DNA of 64,000 nt, from positions 176,762,001 through 176,826,000 of the forward strand of contig OZ024740.1 in NCBI GenBank assembly GCA_964016885.1, given 5' to 3'. This document shows positions 51,045 to 63,311 of the stretch, piece after piece. The notes beneath the pieces were generated by a model. The model did not search any database and was not told the DNA's origin. It saw nothing but the letters and a program-made list of their open reading frames with translations. How positions within the stretch are numbered: position 1 is the stretch's first letter; every line of letters begins with the position of its first letter. This DNA comes from Eledone cirrhosa (Eukaryota). The position numbers and the translations under genes were made by a program.

Positions 51045-51823
51045 TTATTACAATATTTTTAATCTACAGTAGCTCTTCTAATTCATGAGTGCCCATATAA
51101 TTTTAATCTACACTAGCTCTTCTAAGACATGAGTGCCCATATAATTTTAAATTACACTACGTCTTTCAAGCCATCAGTGTCCATATAATTGTCAATCAAT
51201 AATACAGATTAATGTCAGTAAATGCGTTTAAAATTATGTGAGAAAGTGACTAGTTTTGCTTACATAGTTTAGTGATTACCATGCCAGATTCACAAGCAGG
51301 AGATCGCGATTCCGAAACTTTCTGTAATCCTTATTTCAATTAAAAACAAACTCCAGTTGTGTCATGATCCTTAGATGCTTAAATAATTTTCTATCTATCA
51401 ACTCGGTCGCTTCAATGTGCAGTGGTGTATATTTTATCCTATACTAGATTTGGGCCGACTTGTGCCATACAACAGTACTGAAGTATTTCCTAAATATATA
51501 TAAGCGCTAATTAAATTTAGATTGTGAATGAACTGCTTCCAAATTTCCTCATCATGAAACCAAACGATGGCTTATTACCAATTATAGCCTTATCAAACAT
51601 GTTTACATGTCCAGTAAATTAGTGAAAGATGTATAAATGTAGAGGTAGCTGATTAGCCATGTAAATACTACGTTATGAACGATTTTATATATTTAGCATC
51701 TACGTCAAGAACTTTGTTTAACGCATGTCAGCCTAGTTTCAGCATTGGTAAAGTATGTAGCAATGGATATTGACATTGGCAAGGATATGATCTGGAGAAA
51801 TATCTGAAAAAAAAGGAGTGTCA

Positions 51824-51896
51824 AAGTTCCCGCATGTTTCGAACTCACGACCATCTGCGTGTAAAGCAGATATGATAACCACTACACCATGGAACC
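51824..51896 (-). tRNA. trnV: tRNA-Val(TAC), unit 28
   Basis: A7.G66 mismatch. Confidence 0.55.
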
Positions 51897-52014
51897 ACAG
51901 ACTTGTTTTAGAACAAATATTGCCTCAATACATTTACATTTTATCAATTATGCTGAATTGAAACAAATGTAAATGTATTTGATAAGACAATGTTTCTTCA
52001 TTCATTCTTCATCT

Positions 52015-52087
52015 GGTTCCATGGTGTAGTGGTTATCACATCTGCTTAACACGCAGAAGGTCGTGAGTTCGAAACTCGCTGGAACAT
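52015..52087 (+). tRNA. trnV: tRNA-Val(AAC), unit 28
   Basis: G1.A72 mismatch. Confidence 0.75.
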
Positions 52088-52858
52088 TCATTTATTTTTT
52101 TTTCTTTTACTTCTATTTCATTTTGTGTTGTGTTTGATAGAATCTCACATATTTCTTCTGACTATCTCCTCGACAATTTCTATATCCAGTACTGTATATT
52201 TTACCTTGCATATGCTGGAACTCTGCTGACCTGTGTTTTACAAAAGTACTTGACGTAGATTCGAAATATTAATAACCAATCATTATATAGTATTTATATT
52301 GTTAATCAACTGCTTCCAAATTTGTACAACTTTCACTAAATTAACAGAAATATAAACGTGTTTCATAATGCAATATATGTTAGGAAGCAACCGTTTGATA
52401 CAATGTTGTAGTGTGTATCTCATTCGCAAAAAACACGAGATGATCGCGGATTCGAAATTTGAAGCAAACACTCTTAATTTACAATCTGAATAAATAATAT
52501 ATTTATTTACATTTTTCATATCTTGCGTCATTTTAGTTGTCAATGAGGATTGAATACTTTTAATGTTATTGAAAAACACATGTTATACAGTAGGTTTGAA
52601 AATAAAATATATTTGTTCCTATGTTCCAGAATAGAACATATTTGTAGAAATGATTGCCTAAATATGTCCGACCATGTGCTAAACAATGACAATCATAATT
52701 TAGAAAGAAATTGCTCTTTATAAACATATTTAGTTTGATAATCAACACACAAGCTTTTTTCTGTGTAGATTGTACATATAAATATTAGTGAACTGAAATA
52801 TTTCAAGATCACAAGATACGTATAAAAGAAAGTTATTCGATGTCGAGAAAAGGAAATT

Positions 52859-52930
52859 GGTTCCATAGTGTAGTGGTTATCACGTCTGCTTCACACGCGG
52901 AAGGTCGCGAGTTGAAACTCGCTGGAGCCT
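52859..52930 (+). pseudogene. trnV: tRNA-Val(CAC), C56 deletion, unit 29
   Basis: T-loop reads GTTGAAAC. Confidence 0.65.
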
Positions 52931-53709
52931 TTATTACAATATTTTTAATCTACAGTAGCTCTTCTAATTCATGAGTACCCATATAATTTTAATCTACACT
53001 AGCTCTTCTAAGACATGAGTGCCCATATAATTTTAAATTACACTAGGTCTTTCAAGCCATCAGTGTCCATATATTTATCAATCAATAATACAGATTAATG
53101 TCAGTAAATGCGTTTAAAATTATGTGAGAATGTGACTAGTTTTGCTTACATAGTTTAGTGATTACCACGCCAGATTCACAAGAAGGAGATCGCGATTCCG
53201 AAACTTTCTGTAATCCTTGTTTCAATTAAAAACAAACTCCAGTTGTGTCATGATCCTTAGATGCTTAAATATTTTTCCATCTATCAACACGGTAGCTTCA
53301 ATGTGCAGTGGTGTATATTTTATCCTATACTAGATTTGGGCCGACTTGTGCCATACAACAGTACTGAAGTATTTCCTAAATATATATAACCGCTAATTAA
53401 ATTCAGATTGTTAATGAACTGCTTCCGAATTTCCTCATCATGAAACCAAACGATGGCTTATTACCAAATATAGCCTTATCAAACATGTTTACATGTCCAG
53501 TAAATTAGTGAAAGATGTATAAATGTAGAGGTAGCTGATTAGCCATGTAAATACTACGTTATGAACGATTTTATATATTTAGCATCTACGTCAAGAACTT
53601 TGTTTAACGCATGTCAGCCTAGTTTCAGCATTGGTAAAGTATGTAGCAATGGATATTGACATTGGCAAGGATATGATCTGGAGAAATATCTGAAAAAAAA
53701 GGAGTGTCA

Positions 53710-53782
53710 ATGTTCCAGCATGTTTCGAACTCACGACCATCTGCGTGTAAAGCAGATATGATAACCACTACACCATGGAACC
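53710..53782 (-). tRNA. trnV: tRNA-Val(TAC), unit 29
   Basis: G1.A72 mismatch. Confidence 0.55.
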
Positions 53783-53900
53783 ACAGACTTGTTTTAGAAC
53801 AAATATTGCCTCAATACATTTACATTTTATCAATTATGCTGAATTGAAACAAATGTAAATGTATTTGAGAAGACAATGTTTCTTGTTTCATTCTTCATCT

Positions 53901-53973
53901 GGTTCCATGGTGTAGTGGTTATCACATCTGCTTAACACGCAAAAGGTCGTGAGTTCGAAACTCGCTGGAACCT
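53901..53973 (+). tRNA. trnV: tRNA-Val(AAC), unit 29
   Basis: G42A anticodon-stem mismatch. Confidence 0.75.
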
Positions 53974-54736
53974 TCATTTATCTTTTACTTCTATTTCATT
54001 TTGTGTTGTGTTTGATAGAATCTCACATATTTCTTCTGACTATCTCCTCGACAATTTCTATATCCAGTACTGTATATTTTACCTTGCATATGCTGGAACT
54101 CTGCTGACCTGTGTTTTACAAAAGTACTTGACGTAGATTCGAAATATTAATAACCAATCATTATATAGTATTTATATTGTTAATCAACTGCTTCCAAATT
54201 TGTACAACTTTCACTAAATTAACAGAAATATAAACGTGTTTCATAATGCAATATATGTTAGGAAGCAACCGTTTGATACAATGTTGTAGTGTGTATCTCA
54301 TTCGCAAAAAACACGAGATGATCGCGGATTCGAAATTTGCAGCAAACACTCTTAATTTACAATCTGAATAAATAATATATTTATTTACATTTTTCATATC
54401 TTGCGACATTTTAGTTGTCAATGAGGATTGAATACTTTTAATGTTATTGAAAAACACATGTTATACAGTAGGTTTGAAAATAAAATATATTTGTTCCTAT
54501 GTTCCAGAATAGAACATATTTGTAGAAATGATTGCCTAAATATGTCCGACCATGTGCTAAACAATGACAATCATAATTTAGAAAGAAATTGCTCTTTATA
54601 AACATATTTAGTTTGATAATCAACACACAAGCTTTTTTCTGTGTAGATTGTACATATAAATATTAGTGAAGTGAAATATTTCAAGATCACAAGATACGTA
54701 TAAAAGAAAGTTATTCGATGTCGAGAAAAGGAAATT

Positions 54737-54808
54737 GGTTCCATAGTGTAGTGGTTATCACGTCTGCTTCACACGCGGAAGGTCGCGAGTTGAAACTCGC
54801 TGGAGCCT
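54737..54808 (+). pseudogene. trnV: tRNA-Val(CAC), C56 deletion, unit 30
   Basis: T-loop reads GTTGAAAC. Confidence 0.65.
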
Positions 54809-55587
54809 TTATTACAATATTTTTAATCTACAGTAGCTCTTCTAATTCATGAGTACCCATATAATTTTAATCTACACTAGCTCTTCTAAGACATGAGTGC
54901 CCATATAATTTTAAATTACACTAGGTCTTTCAAGCCATCAGTGTCCATATATTTATCAATCAATAATACAGATTAATGTCAGCAAATGCGTTTAAAATTA
55001 TGAGAGAATGTGACTAGTTTTGCTTACATAGTTTAGTGATTACCACGCCAGATTCACAAGAAGGAGATCGCGATTCCGAAACTTTCTGTAATCCTTGTTT
55101 CAAATAAAAACAAACTCCAGTTGTGTCATGATCCTTAGATGCTTAAATATTTTTCCATCTATCAACACGGTAGCTTCAATGTGCAGAGGTGTATATTTTA
55201 TCCTATACTAGATTTGGGCCGACTTGTGCCATACAACAGTACTGAAGTATTTCCTAAATATATATAACCGCTAATTAAATTCAGATTGTTAATGAACTGC
55301 TTCCAAATTTCCTCATCATGAAACCAAACGATGGCTTATTACCAAATATAGCCTTATCAAACATGTTTACATGTCCAGTAAATTAGTGAAAGATGTATAA
55401 ATGTAGAGGTAGCTGATTAGCCATGTAAATACTACGTTATGAACGATTTTATATATTTAGCATCTACGTCAAGAACTTTGTTTAACGCATGTCAGCCTAG
55501 TTTCAGCATTGGTAAAGTATGTAGCAATGGATATTGACATTGGCAAGGATATGATCTGGAGAAATATCTGAAAAAAAAGGAGTGTCA

Positions 55588-55660
55588 ATGTTCCAGCATG
55601 TTTCGAACTCACGACCATCTGCGTGTAAAGCAGATATGATAACCACTACACCATGGAACC
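55588..55660 (-). tRNA. trnV: tRNA-Val(TAC), unit 30
   Basis: G1.A72 mismatch. Confidence 0.55.
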
Positions 55661-55778
55661 ACAGACTTGTTTTAGAACAAATATTGCCTCAATACATTTA
55701 CATTTTATCAATTATGCTGAATTGAAACAAATGTAAATGTATTTGATAAGACAATGTTTCTTGTTTCATTCTTCATCT

Positions 55779-55851
55779 GGTTCCATGGTGTAGTTGTTAT
55801 CACATCTGCTTAACACGCAGAAGGTCGTGAGTTCGAAACTCGCTGGAACCT
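55779..55851 (+). tRNA. trnV: tRNA-Val(AAC), unit 30
   Basis: G18T A-box lesion. Confidence 0.7.
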
Positions 55852-56623
55852 TCAATTATCTTTTTTTCTTTTACTTCTATTTCATTTTGTGTTGTGTTTG
55901 ATAGAATCTCACATATTTCTTCTGACTATCTCCTCGACAATTTCTATATCCAGTACTGTATATTTTACCTTCCCTATGCTGGAACTCTGCTGACCTGTGT
56001 TTTACAAATGTACTTGACGTAGATTCGAAATATTAATAACCAATCATTATATAGTATTTATATTGTTAATCAACTTGTTCCAAATTTATACAACTTTCAC
56101 TAAATTAACAGAAATATAAACGTGTTTCATAATGCAATATATGTTAGGAAGCAACCGTTTGATACAATGTTGTAGTGTGTATCTCATTTGCAAAAAACAC
56201 GAGATGATCGCGGATTCGAAATTCGCAGCAAACACTCTTAATTTACAATCTGAATAAATAATATATTTATTTACATTTTTCATATCTTGCTTAATTGTAG
56301 TTGTCAATGAGGATTGAATACTTTTAATGTTATTGAAAAACACATGTTATACAGTAGGTTTGAAAATAAAATATATTTGTTCGTATGTTCCAGAATAGAA
56401 CATATTTGTAGAAATGATTGCCTAAATATGTCCGACCATGTGCTAAACAATGACAATCATAATTTAGAAAGAAATTGCTCTTTATAAACATATTTAGTTT
56501 GATAATCTACACACAAGCTTTTTTCTGTGTAGATTGTACATATAAATATTAATGAAGTGAAACATTTCAAAATCACAAGATACGTATAAAAGAAAGTTAT
56601 TCGATATCGAGAAAAAGGAAATT

Positions 56624-56697
56624 GGTTCCATAGCGTACTGGTTATCACGTCTGCTTAAACACGCGGAAGGTCGCGAGTTCGAAACTCGCTGGAGCCT
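56624..56697 (+). pseudogene. trnV: CAC-position gene with 8-nt anticodon loop TTAAACAC, unit 31
   Basis: TCTGC TTAAACAC GCGGA; G15C, T11C. Confidence 0.6.
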
Positions 56698-57432
56698 TTA
56701 TTACAATATTTTTAATCTACACTAGCTCTTCTAAGACATGAGTGCCCATATAATTTTAAATTACACTAGGTCTTTCAAGCCATCAGTGTCCATATATTTG
56801 TCAATCAATAATACAGATCAATGTCAGTAAATGCGTTTAAAATTATGTGAGAAAGTGACTAGTTTTGCTTACATAGTTTAGTGATTACCACGCCAGATTC
56901 ACAAGCAGGAGATCGCGATTCCGAAACTTTCTGTAATCCTTGTTTCAATTAAAAACAAACTCCAGTTGTGTCATGATCCTTAGATGCTTAAATAATTTTC
57001 CATCTATCAACACGGTAGCTTCAATGTGCAGTGGTGTATATTTTATCCTATACTAGATTTGGGCCGACTTGTGCCATACAACAGTACTGAAATATTTCCT
57101 AAATATATATAACCGCTAATTAAATTTAGATTGTTAATGAACTGCTTCCAAATTTCCTCATCATGAAACCAAACGATGGCTTATTACCAAATATAGCCTT
57201 ATTAAACATGTTTACATGTCCAGTAAATTAGTGAAAGATGTATAAATGTAGAGGTAGCTGATTAGCCATGTAAATACTACGTTATGAACGATTTTATACA
57301 TTTAGCATCTGCGTCAAGAAATTTGTTTAACGTATGTCAGCCTAGTTTCAGCATTGCTAAAGTATGTAGCAATGGATATTGACATTGGCAAGGATATGAT
57401 CAGGAGAAATATCTGAAAAAAAAGGAGTGTCA

Positions 57433-57505
57433 AAGTTCCCGCATTTTTCGAACTCACGACCATCTGCGTGTAAAGCAGATATGATAACCACTACACCATG
57501 GAACC
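57433..57505 (-). pseudogene. trnV: tRNA-Val(TAC), damaged, unit 31
   Basis: C61A, A7.G66. Confidence 0.65.
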
Positions 57506-57623
57506 ACAGACTTGTTTTAGAATAAATATTGCCTCAATACATTTACATTTTGTCAATTATGCTGAATTGAAACAAATGTAAATATATTTGATAAGACAAT
57601 GTTTCTTCTTTCATTCTTCATCT

Positions 57624-57696
57624 GGTTCCATGGTGTAGTGGTTATCACATCTGCTTAACACGCAGAAGGTGGTGAGTTCGAAACTCGCTGGAACCT
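57624..57696 (+). tRNA. trnV: tRNA-Val(AAC), unit 31
   Basis: C48G. Confidence 0.78.
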
Positions 57697-58467
57697 TCAA
57701 TTATCTTTTTTTCTTTTACTTCTATTTCATTTTGTGTTGTGTTTGATAGAATCTCACATATTTCTTCTGACTATCTCCTCGACAATTTCTATATCCAGTA
57801 CTGTATATTTTACCTTCCCTATGCTGGAACTCTGCTGACCTGTGTTTTACAAATGTACTTGACGTAGATTCGAAATATTAATAACCAATCATTATATAGT
57901 ATTTATATTGTTAATCAACTTGTTCCAAATTTATACAACTTTCACTAAATTAACAGAAATATAAACGTGTTTCATAATGCAATATATGTTAGGAAGCAAC
58001 CGTTTGATACAATGTTGTAGTGTGTATCTCATTTGCAAAAAACACGAGATGATCGCGGATTCGAAATTCGCAGCAAACACTCTTAATTTACAATCTGAAT
58101 AAATAATATATTTATTTACATTTTTCATATCTTGCTTCATTGTAGTTGTCAATGAGGATTGAATACTTTTAATGTTATTGAAAAACACATGTTATACAGT
58201 AGGTTTGAAAATAAAATATATTTGTTCGTATGTTCCAGAATAGAACATATTTGTAGAAATGATTGCCTAAATATGTCCGACCATGTGCTAAACAATGACA
58301 ATCATAATTTAGAAAGAAATTGCTCTTTATAAACATATTTAGTTTGATAATCTACACACAAGCTTTTTTCTGTGTAGATTGTACATATAAATATTAATGA
58401 AGTGAAACATTTCAAAATCACAAGATACGTATAAAAGAAAGTTATTCGATATCGAGAAAAGGAAATT

Positions 58468-58541
58468 GGTTCCATAGTGTACTGGTTATCACGTCTGCTT
58501 AAACACGCGGAAGGTCGCGAGTTCGAAACTTGCTGGAGCCT
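58468..58541 (+). pseudogene. trnV: CAC-position gene with 8-nt anticodon loop TTAAACAC, unit 32
   Basis: TCTGC TTAAACAC GCGGA; G15C. Confidence 0.6.
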
Positions 58542-59276
58542 TTATTACAATATTTGTAATCTACACTAGCTCTTCTAAGACATGAGTGCCCATATAATTT
58601 TAAATTACACTAGGTCTTTCAAGCCATCAGTGTCCATATATTTGTCAATCAATAATACAGATCAATGTCAGTAAATGCGTTTAAAATTATGTGAGAAAGT
58701 GACTAGTTTTGCTTACATAGTTTAGTGATTACCACGCCAGATTCACAAGCAGGAGATCGCGATTCCGAAACTTTCTGTAATCCTTGTTTCAATTAAAAAC
58801 AAACTCCAGTTGTGTCATGATCCTTAGATGCTTAAATAATTTTCCATCTATCAACACGGTAGCTTCTATGTGCAGTGGTGTATATTTTATCCTATACTAG
58901 ATTTGGGCCGACTTGTGCCATACAACAGTAGTGAAATATTTCCTAAATATATATAACCGCTAATTAAATTTAGATTGTTAATGAACTGCTTCCAAATTTC
59001 CTCATCATGAAACCAAACGATGGCTTATTACCAAATATAGCCTTATTAAACATGTTTACATGTCCAGTAAATTAGTGAAAGATGTATAAATGTAGAGGTT
59101 ACTGATTAGCCATGTAAATACTACGTTATGAACGATTTTATACATTTAGCATCTGCGTCAAGAAATTTGTTTAACGTATGTCAGCCTAGTTTCAGCATTG
59201 GTAAAGTATATAGCAATGGATATTGACATTGGCAATGATATGACCAGGAGAAATATCTGAAAAAAAAGGAGTGTCA

Positions 59277-59349
59277 AAGTTCCCGCATGTTTCGAACTCA
59301 CGACCATCTGCGTGTAAAGCAGATATGATAACCACTACACCATGGAACC
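59277..59349 (-). tRNA. trnV: tRNA-Val(TAC), unit 32
   Basis: A7.G66 mismatch. Confidence 0.55.
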
Positions 59350-59467
59350 ACAGACCTGTTTTAGAACAAATATTGCCTCAATACATTTACATTTTATCAA
59401 TTATGCTGAATTGAAACAAATGTAAATATATTTGATAAGACAATGTTTCTTCTTTCATTCTTCATCT

Positions 59468-59540
59468 GGTTCCATGGTGTAGTGGTTATCACATCTGCTT
59501 AACACGCAGAAGGTCGTGAGTTCGAAACTCGCTGGAACCT
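59468..59540 (+). tRNA. trnV: tRNA-Val(AAC), unit 32
   Basis: Intact. Confidence 0.9.
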
Positions 59541-60310
59541 TCAATTATCTTTTTTTCTTTTACTTCTATTTCATTTTATGTTGTGTTTGATAGAATCTCA
59601 CATATTTCTTCTGACTATCTCCTCGACAATTTCTATATCCAGTACTGTATATTTTCCCTATCATATGCTGGAACTCTGCTGACCTGTGTTTTACAAAAGT
59701 ACTTGACGTAGATTCGAAATATTAATAACCAATCATTATATAGTATGTATATTGTTAATCAACTGCTTCCAAATTTATACAACTTTCACTAAATTAACAG
59801 AAATATAAACGTGTTTCATAATGCAATATATGTTAGGAAGCAACCGTTTGATACAATGTTGTAGTGTGTATCTCATTTGCAAAAAACTCGAGATGATCGC
59901 GGATTCGAAATTCGCAGCAAACACTCTTAAATTTCAATCTGAATAAATTATATATTTATTTACATTTTTCATATCTTGCGTCATTTTAGTTGTCAATGAG
60001 GATTGAATACATTAATGTTATTGAAAAACACATGTTATACAGTAGGTTTGAAAATAAAATATATTTGTTCCTATGTTCCAGAATAGAACATATTTGTAGA
60101 AATGATTACCTAAATATGTCTGACCATGTGCTAAACAATGATAATCATAATTTAGAAAGAAATTGCTCTTTATAAACATATTTAGTTTGATAATCTACAC
60201 ACAAGCTTTTTTCTGTGTAGATTGTACATATAAATATTAGTGAAGTGAAATATTTCAAAATCACAAGATACGTATAAAAGAAAGTTATTCGATATCGAGA
60301 AAAGGAAATT

Positions 60311-60383
60311 GGTTCCATAGTGTAGTGGTTATCACGTCTGCTTCACACGCGGAAGGTCGCGAGTTCGAAACTCGCTGGAGCCT
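60311..60383 (+). tRNA. trnV: tRNA-Val(CAC), unit 33
   Basis: Intact. Confidence 0.85.
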
Positions 60384-61161
60384 TTATTACAATATTTTAC
60401 TCTACAGTAGCTCTTCTAATTCATGAGTACCCATATAATTTTAATCTACACTAGCTCTTCTAAGACATGAGTGCCCATATAATTTTAAATTACACTAGGT
60501 CTTTCAAGCCATCAGTGTCCATATAATTGTCAATCAATAATACAGATCAATGTCAGTAAATGCGTTTATAATTATGTGAGAAAGTGACTAGCTTTGCTTA
60601 TATAATTTAGTGATTACCACGCCAGATTCACAAGCAGGAGATCGCCATTCCGAAACTTTCTGTAATCCTTGTTTCAATTAAAAACAAACTCCAGTTGTGT
60701 CATGATCCTTAGATGCTTAAATATTTTTCCATCTATCAACACGGTAGCTTCAATGTGCAGTGGTGTATATTTTATCCTATACTAGATTTGGGCCGACTTG
60801 TGCCATACAACAGTACTGAAGTATTTCCTAAATATATATAACCGCTAATTAAATTTAGATTGTTAATGAACTGCTTCCAAATTTCCTCATCATGAAACCA
60901 AACGATGGCTTATTACCAAATATAGCCTTATTAAACATGTTTACATGTCCAGTAAATTAGTGAAAGATGTATAAATGTAGAGGTAGCTGATTAGCCATGT
61001 AAATACTACGTTATGAACGATTTTATATATTTAGCGTCTACGTCAAGAACTTTGTTTAACGCATGTCAGCCTAGTTTCAGCATTGGTAAAGTATGTAGCA
61101 ATGGATATTGACATTGGCAAGGATATGATCAGGAGAAATATCTGAAAAAAAAGGAGTGTCA

Positions 61162-61234
61162 AAGTTCCAGCATGTTTCGAACTCACGACCATCTGCGTGT
61201 AAAGCAGATATGATAACCACTACACCATGGAACC
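61162..61234 (-). tRNA. trnV: tRNA-Val(TAC), unit 33
   Basis: Array-consensus copy. Confidence 0.7.
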
Positions 61235-61352
61235 ACAGACTTGTTTTAAAACAAATATTGCCTCAATACATTTACATTTTATCAATTATGCTGAATTGAA
61301 ACAAATGTAAATGTATTTGATAAGACAATGTTTCTTCTTTCATTCTTCATAT

Positions 61353-61425
61353 GGTTCCATGGTGTAGTGGTTATCACATCTGCTTAACACGCAGAAGGTG
61401 GTGAGTTCGAAACTCGCTGGAACCT
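61353..61425 (+). tRNA. trnV: tRNA-Val(AAC), unit 33
   Basis: C48G. Confidence 0.78.
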
Positions 61426-62195
61426 TCAATTATCTTTTTTTCTTTTACTTCTATTTCATTTTGTGTTGTGTTTGATAGAATCTCACATATTTCATCTGAC
61501 TATCCCATCGACAATTTCTATATCCAGTACTGTATATTTTACCTTACATATGCTGGAACTCTGCTGACCTGTGTTTTACAAAAGTACTTGACGTAGATTC
61601 GAAATATTAATAACCAATCATTATATAGTATTTATATTGTTAATCAACTGCTTCCAAATTTATACAACTTTCACTAAATTAACAGAAATATAAACGTGTT
61701 TCATAATGCAATATATGTTAGGAAGCAACCGTTTGATACAATGTTGTAGTGTGTATCTCATTTGCAAAAAACTCGAGATGATCGCGGATTCGAAATTCGC
61801 AGCAAACACTCTTAAATTTCAATCTGAATAAATTATATATTTATTTACATTTTTCATATCTTGCGTCATTTTAGTTGTCAATGAGGATTGAATACATTAA
61901 TGTTATTGAAAAACACATGTTATACAGTAGGTTTGAAAATAAAATATATTTGTTCCTATGTTCCAGAATAGAACATATTTGTAAAAATGATTACCTAAAT
62001 ATGTCCGACCATGTGCTAAACAATGATAATCATAATTTAGAAAGAAATTGCTCTTTATAAACATATTTAGTTTGATAATCTACACACAAGCTTTTTTCTG
62101 TGTAGATTGTACATATAAATATTAGTGAAGTGAAATATTTCAAAATCACAAGATACGTATAAAAGAAAGTTATTCGATATCGAGAAAAGGAAATT

Positions 62196-62268
62196 GGTTC
62201 CATAGTGTAGTGGTTATCACGTCTGCTTCACACGCGGAAGGTCGCGAGTTCGAAACTCGCTGGAGCCT
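62196..62268 (+). tRNA. trnV: tRNA-Val(CAC), unit 34
   Basis: Intact. Confidence 0.85.
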
Positions 62269-63047
62269 TTATTACAATATTTTACTCTACAGTAGCTCTT
62301 CTAATTCATGAGTACCCATATAATTTTAATCTACACTAGCTCTTCTAAGACATGAGTGCCCATATAATTTTAAATTACACTAGGTCTTTCAAGCCATCAG
62401 TGTCCATATAATTGTCAATCAATAATACAGATCAATGTCAGTAAATGCGTTTATAATTATGTGAGAAAGTGACTAGCTTTGCTTATATAATTTAGTGATT
62501 ACCACGCCAGATTCACAAGCAGGAGATCGCCATTCCGAAACTTTCTGTAATCCTTGTTTCAATTAAAAACAAACTCCAGTTGTGTCATGATCCTTAGATG
62601 CTTAAATATTTTTCCATCTATCAACACGGTAGCTTCAATGTGCAGTGGTGTATATTTTATCCTATACTAGATTTGGGCCGACTTGTGCCATACAACAGTA
62701 CTGAAGTATTTCCTAAATATATATAACCGCTAATTAAATTTAGATTGTTAATGAACTGCTTCCAAATTTCCTCATCATGAAACCAAACGATGGCTTATTA
62801 CCAAATATAGCCTTATTAAACATGTTTACATGTCCAGTAAATTAGTGAAAGATATATAAATGTAGAGGTAGCTGATTAGCCATGTAAATACTACGTTATG
62901 AACGATTTTATATATTTAGCATCAACGTGAAGAACATAGTTTAACGCATGTCAGCCTAGTTTCAGCATTGGTAAAGTATGTAGCAATGGATATTGACATT
63001 GGCAATGATATGATCAGGAGAAATATCTGAAAAAAAAAGGAGTGTCA

Positions 63048-63120
63048 AAGTTCCAGCATGTTTCGAACTCACGACCATCTGCGTGTAAAGCAGATATGAT
63101 AACCACTACACCATGGAACC
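63048..63120 (-). tRNA. trnV: tRNA-Val(TAC), unit 34
   Basis: Array-consensus copy. Confidence 0.7.
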
Positions 63121-63238
63121 ACAGACTTGTTTTAGAACAAATATTGCCTCAATACATTTACATTTTATCAATTATGCTGAATTGAAACAAATGTAAATGT
63201 ATTTGATAAGACAATGTTTCTTCTTTCATTCTTCATCT

Positions 63239-63311
63239 GGTTCCATGGTGTAGTGGTTATCACATCTGCTTAACACGCAGAAGGTCGTGAGTTCGAAACT
63301 CGCTGGAACCT
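63239..63311 (+). tRNA. trnV: tRNA-Val(AAC), unit 34
   Basis: Intact. Confidence 0.9.

Noticed and set aside
39144-58188. 68-99 aa minus-strand ORFs (MFFNNIKS..., MEPISFS...)
   Set aside because: Present only where one SNP removes a stop codon; they run antisense through a tRNA relic and have an AT-rich low-information composition.
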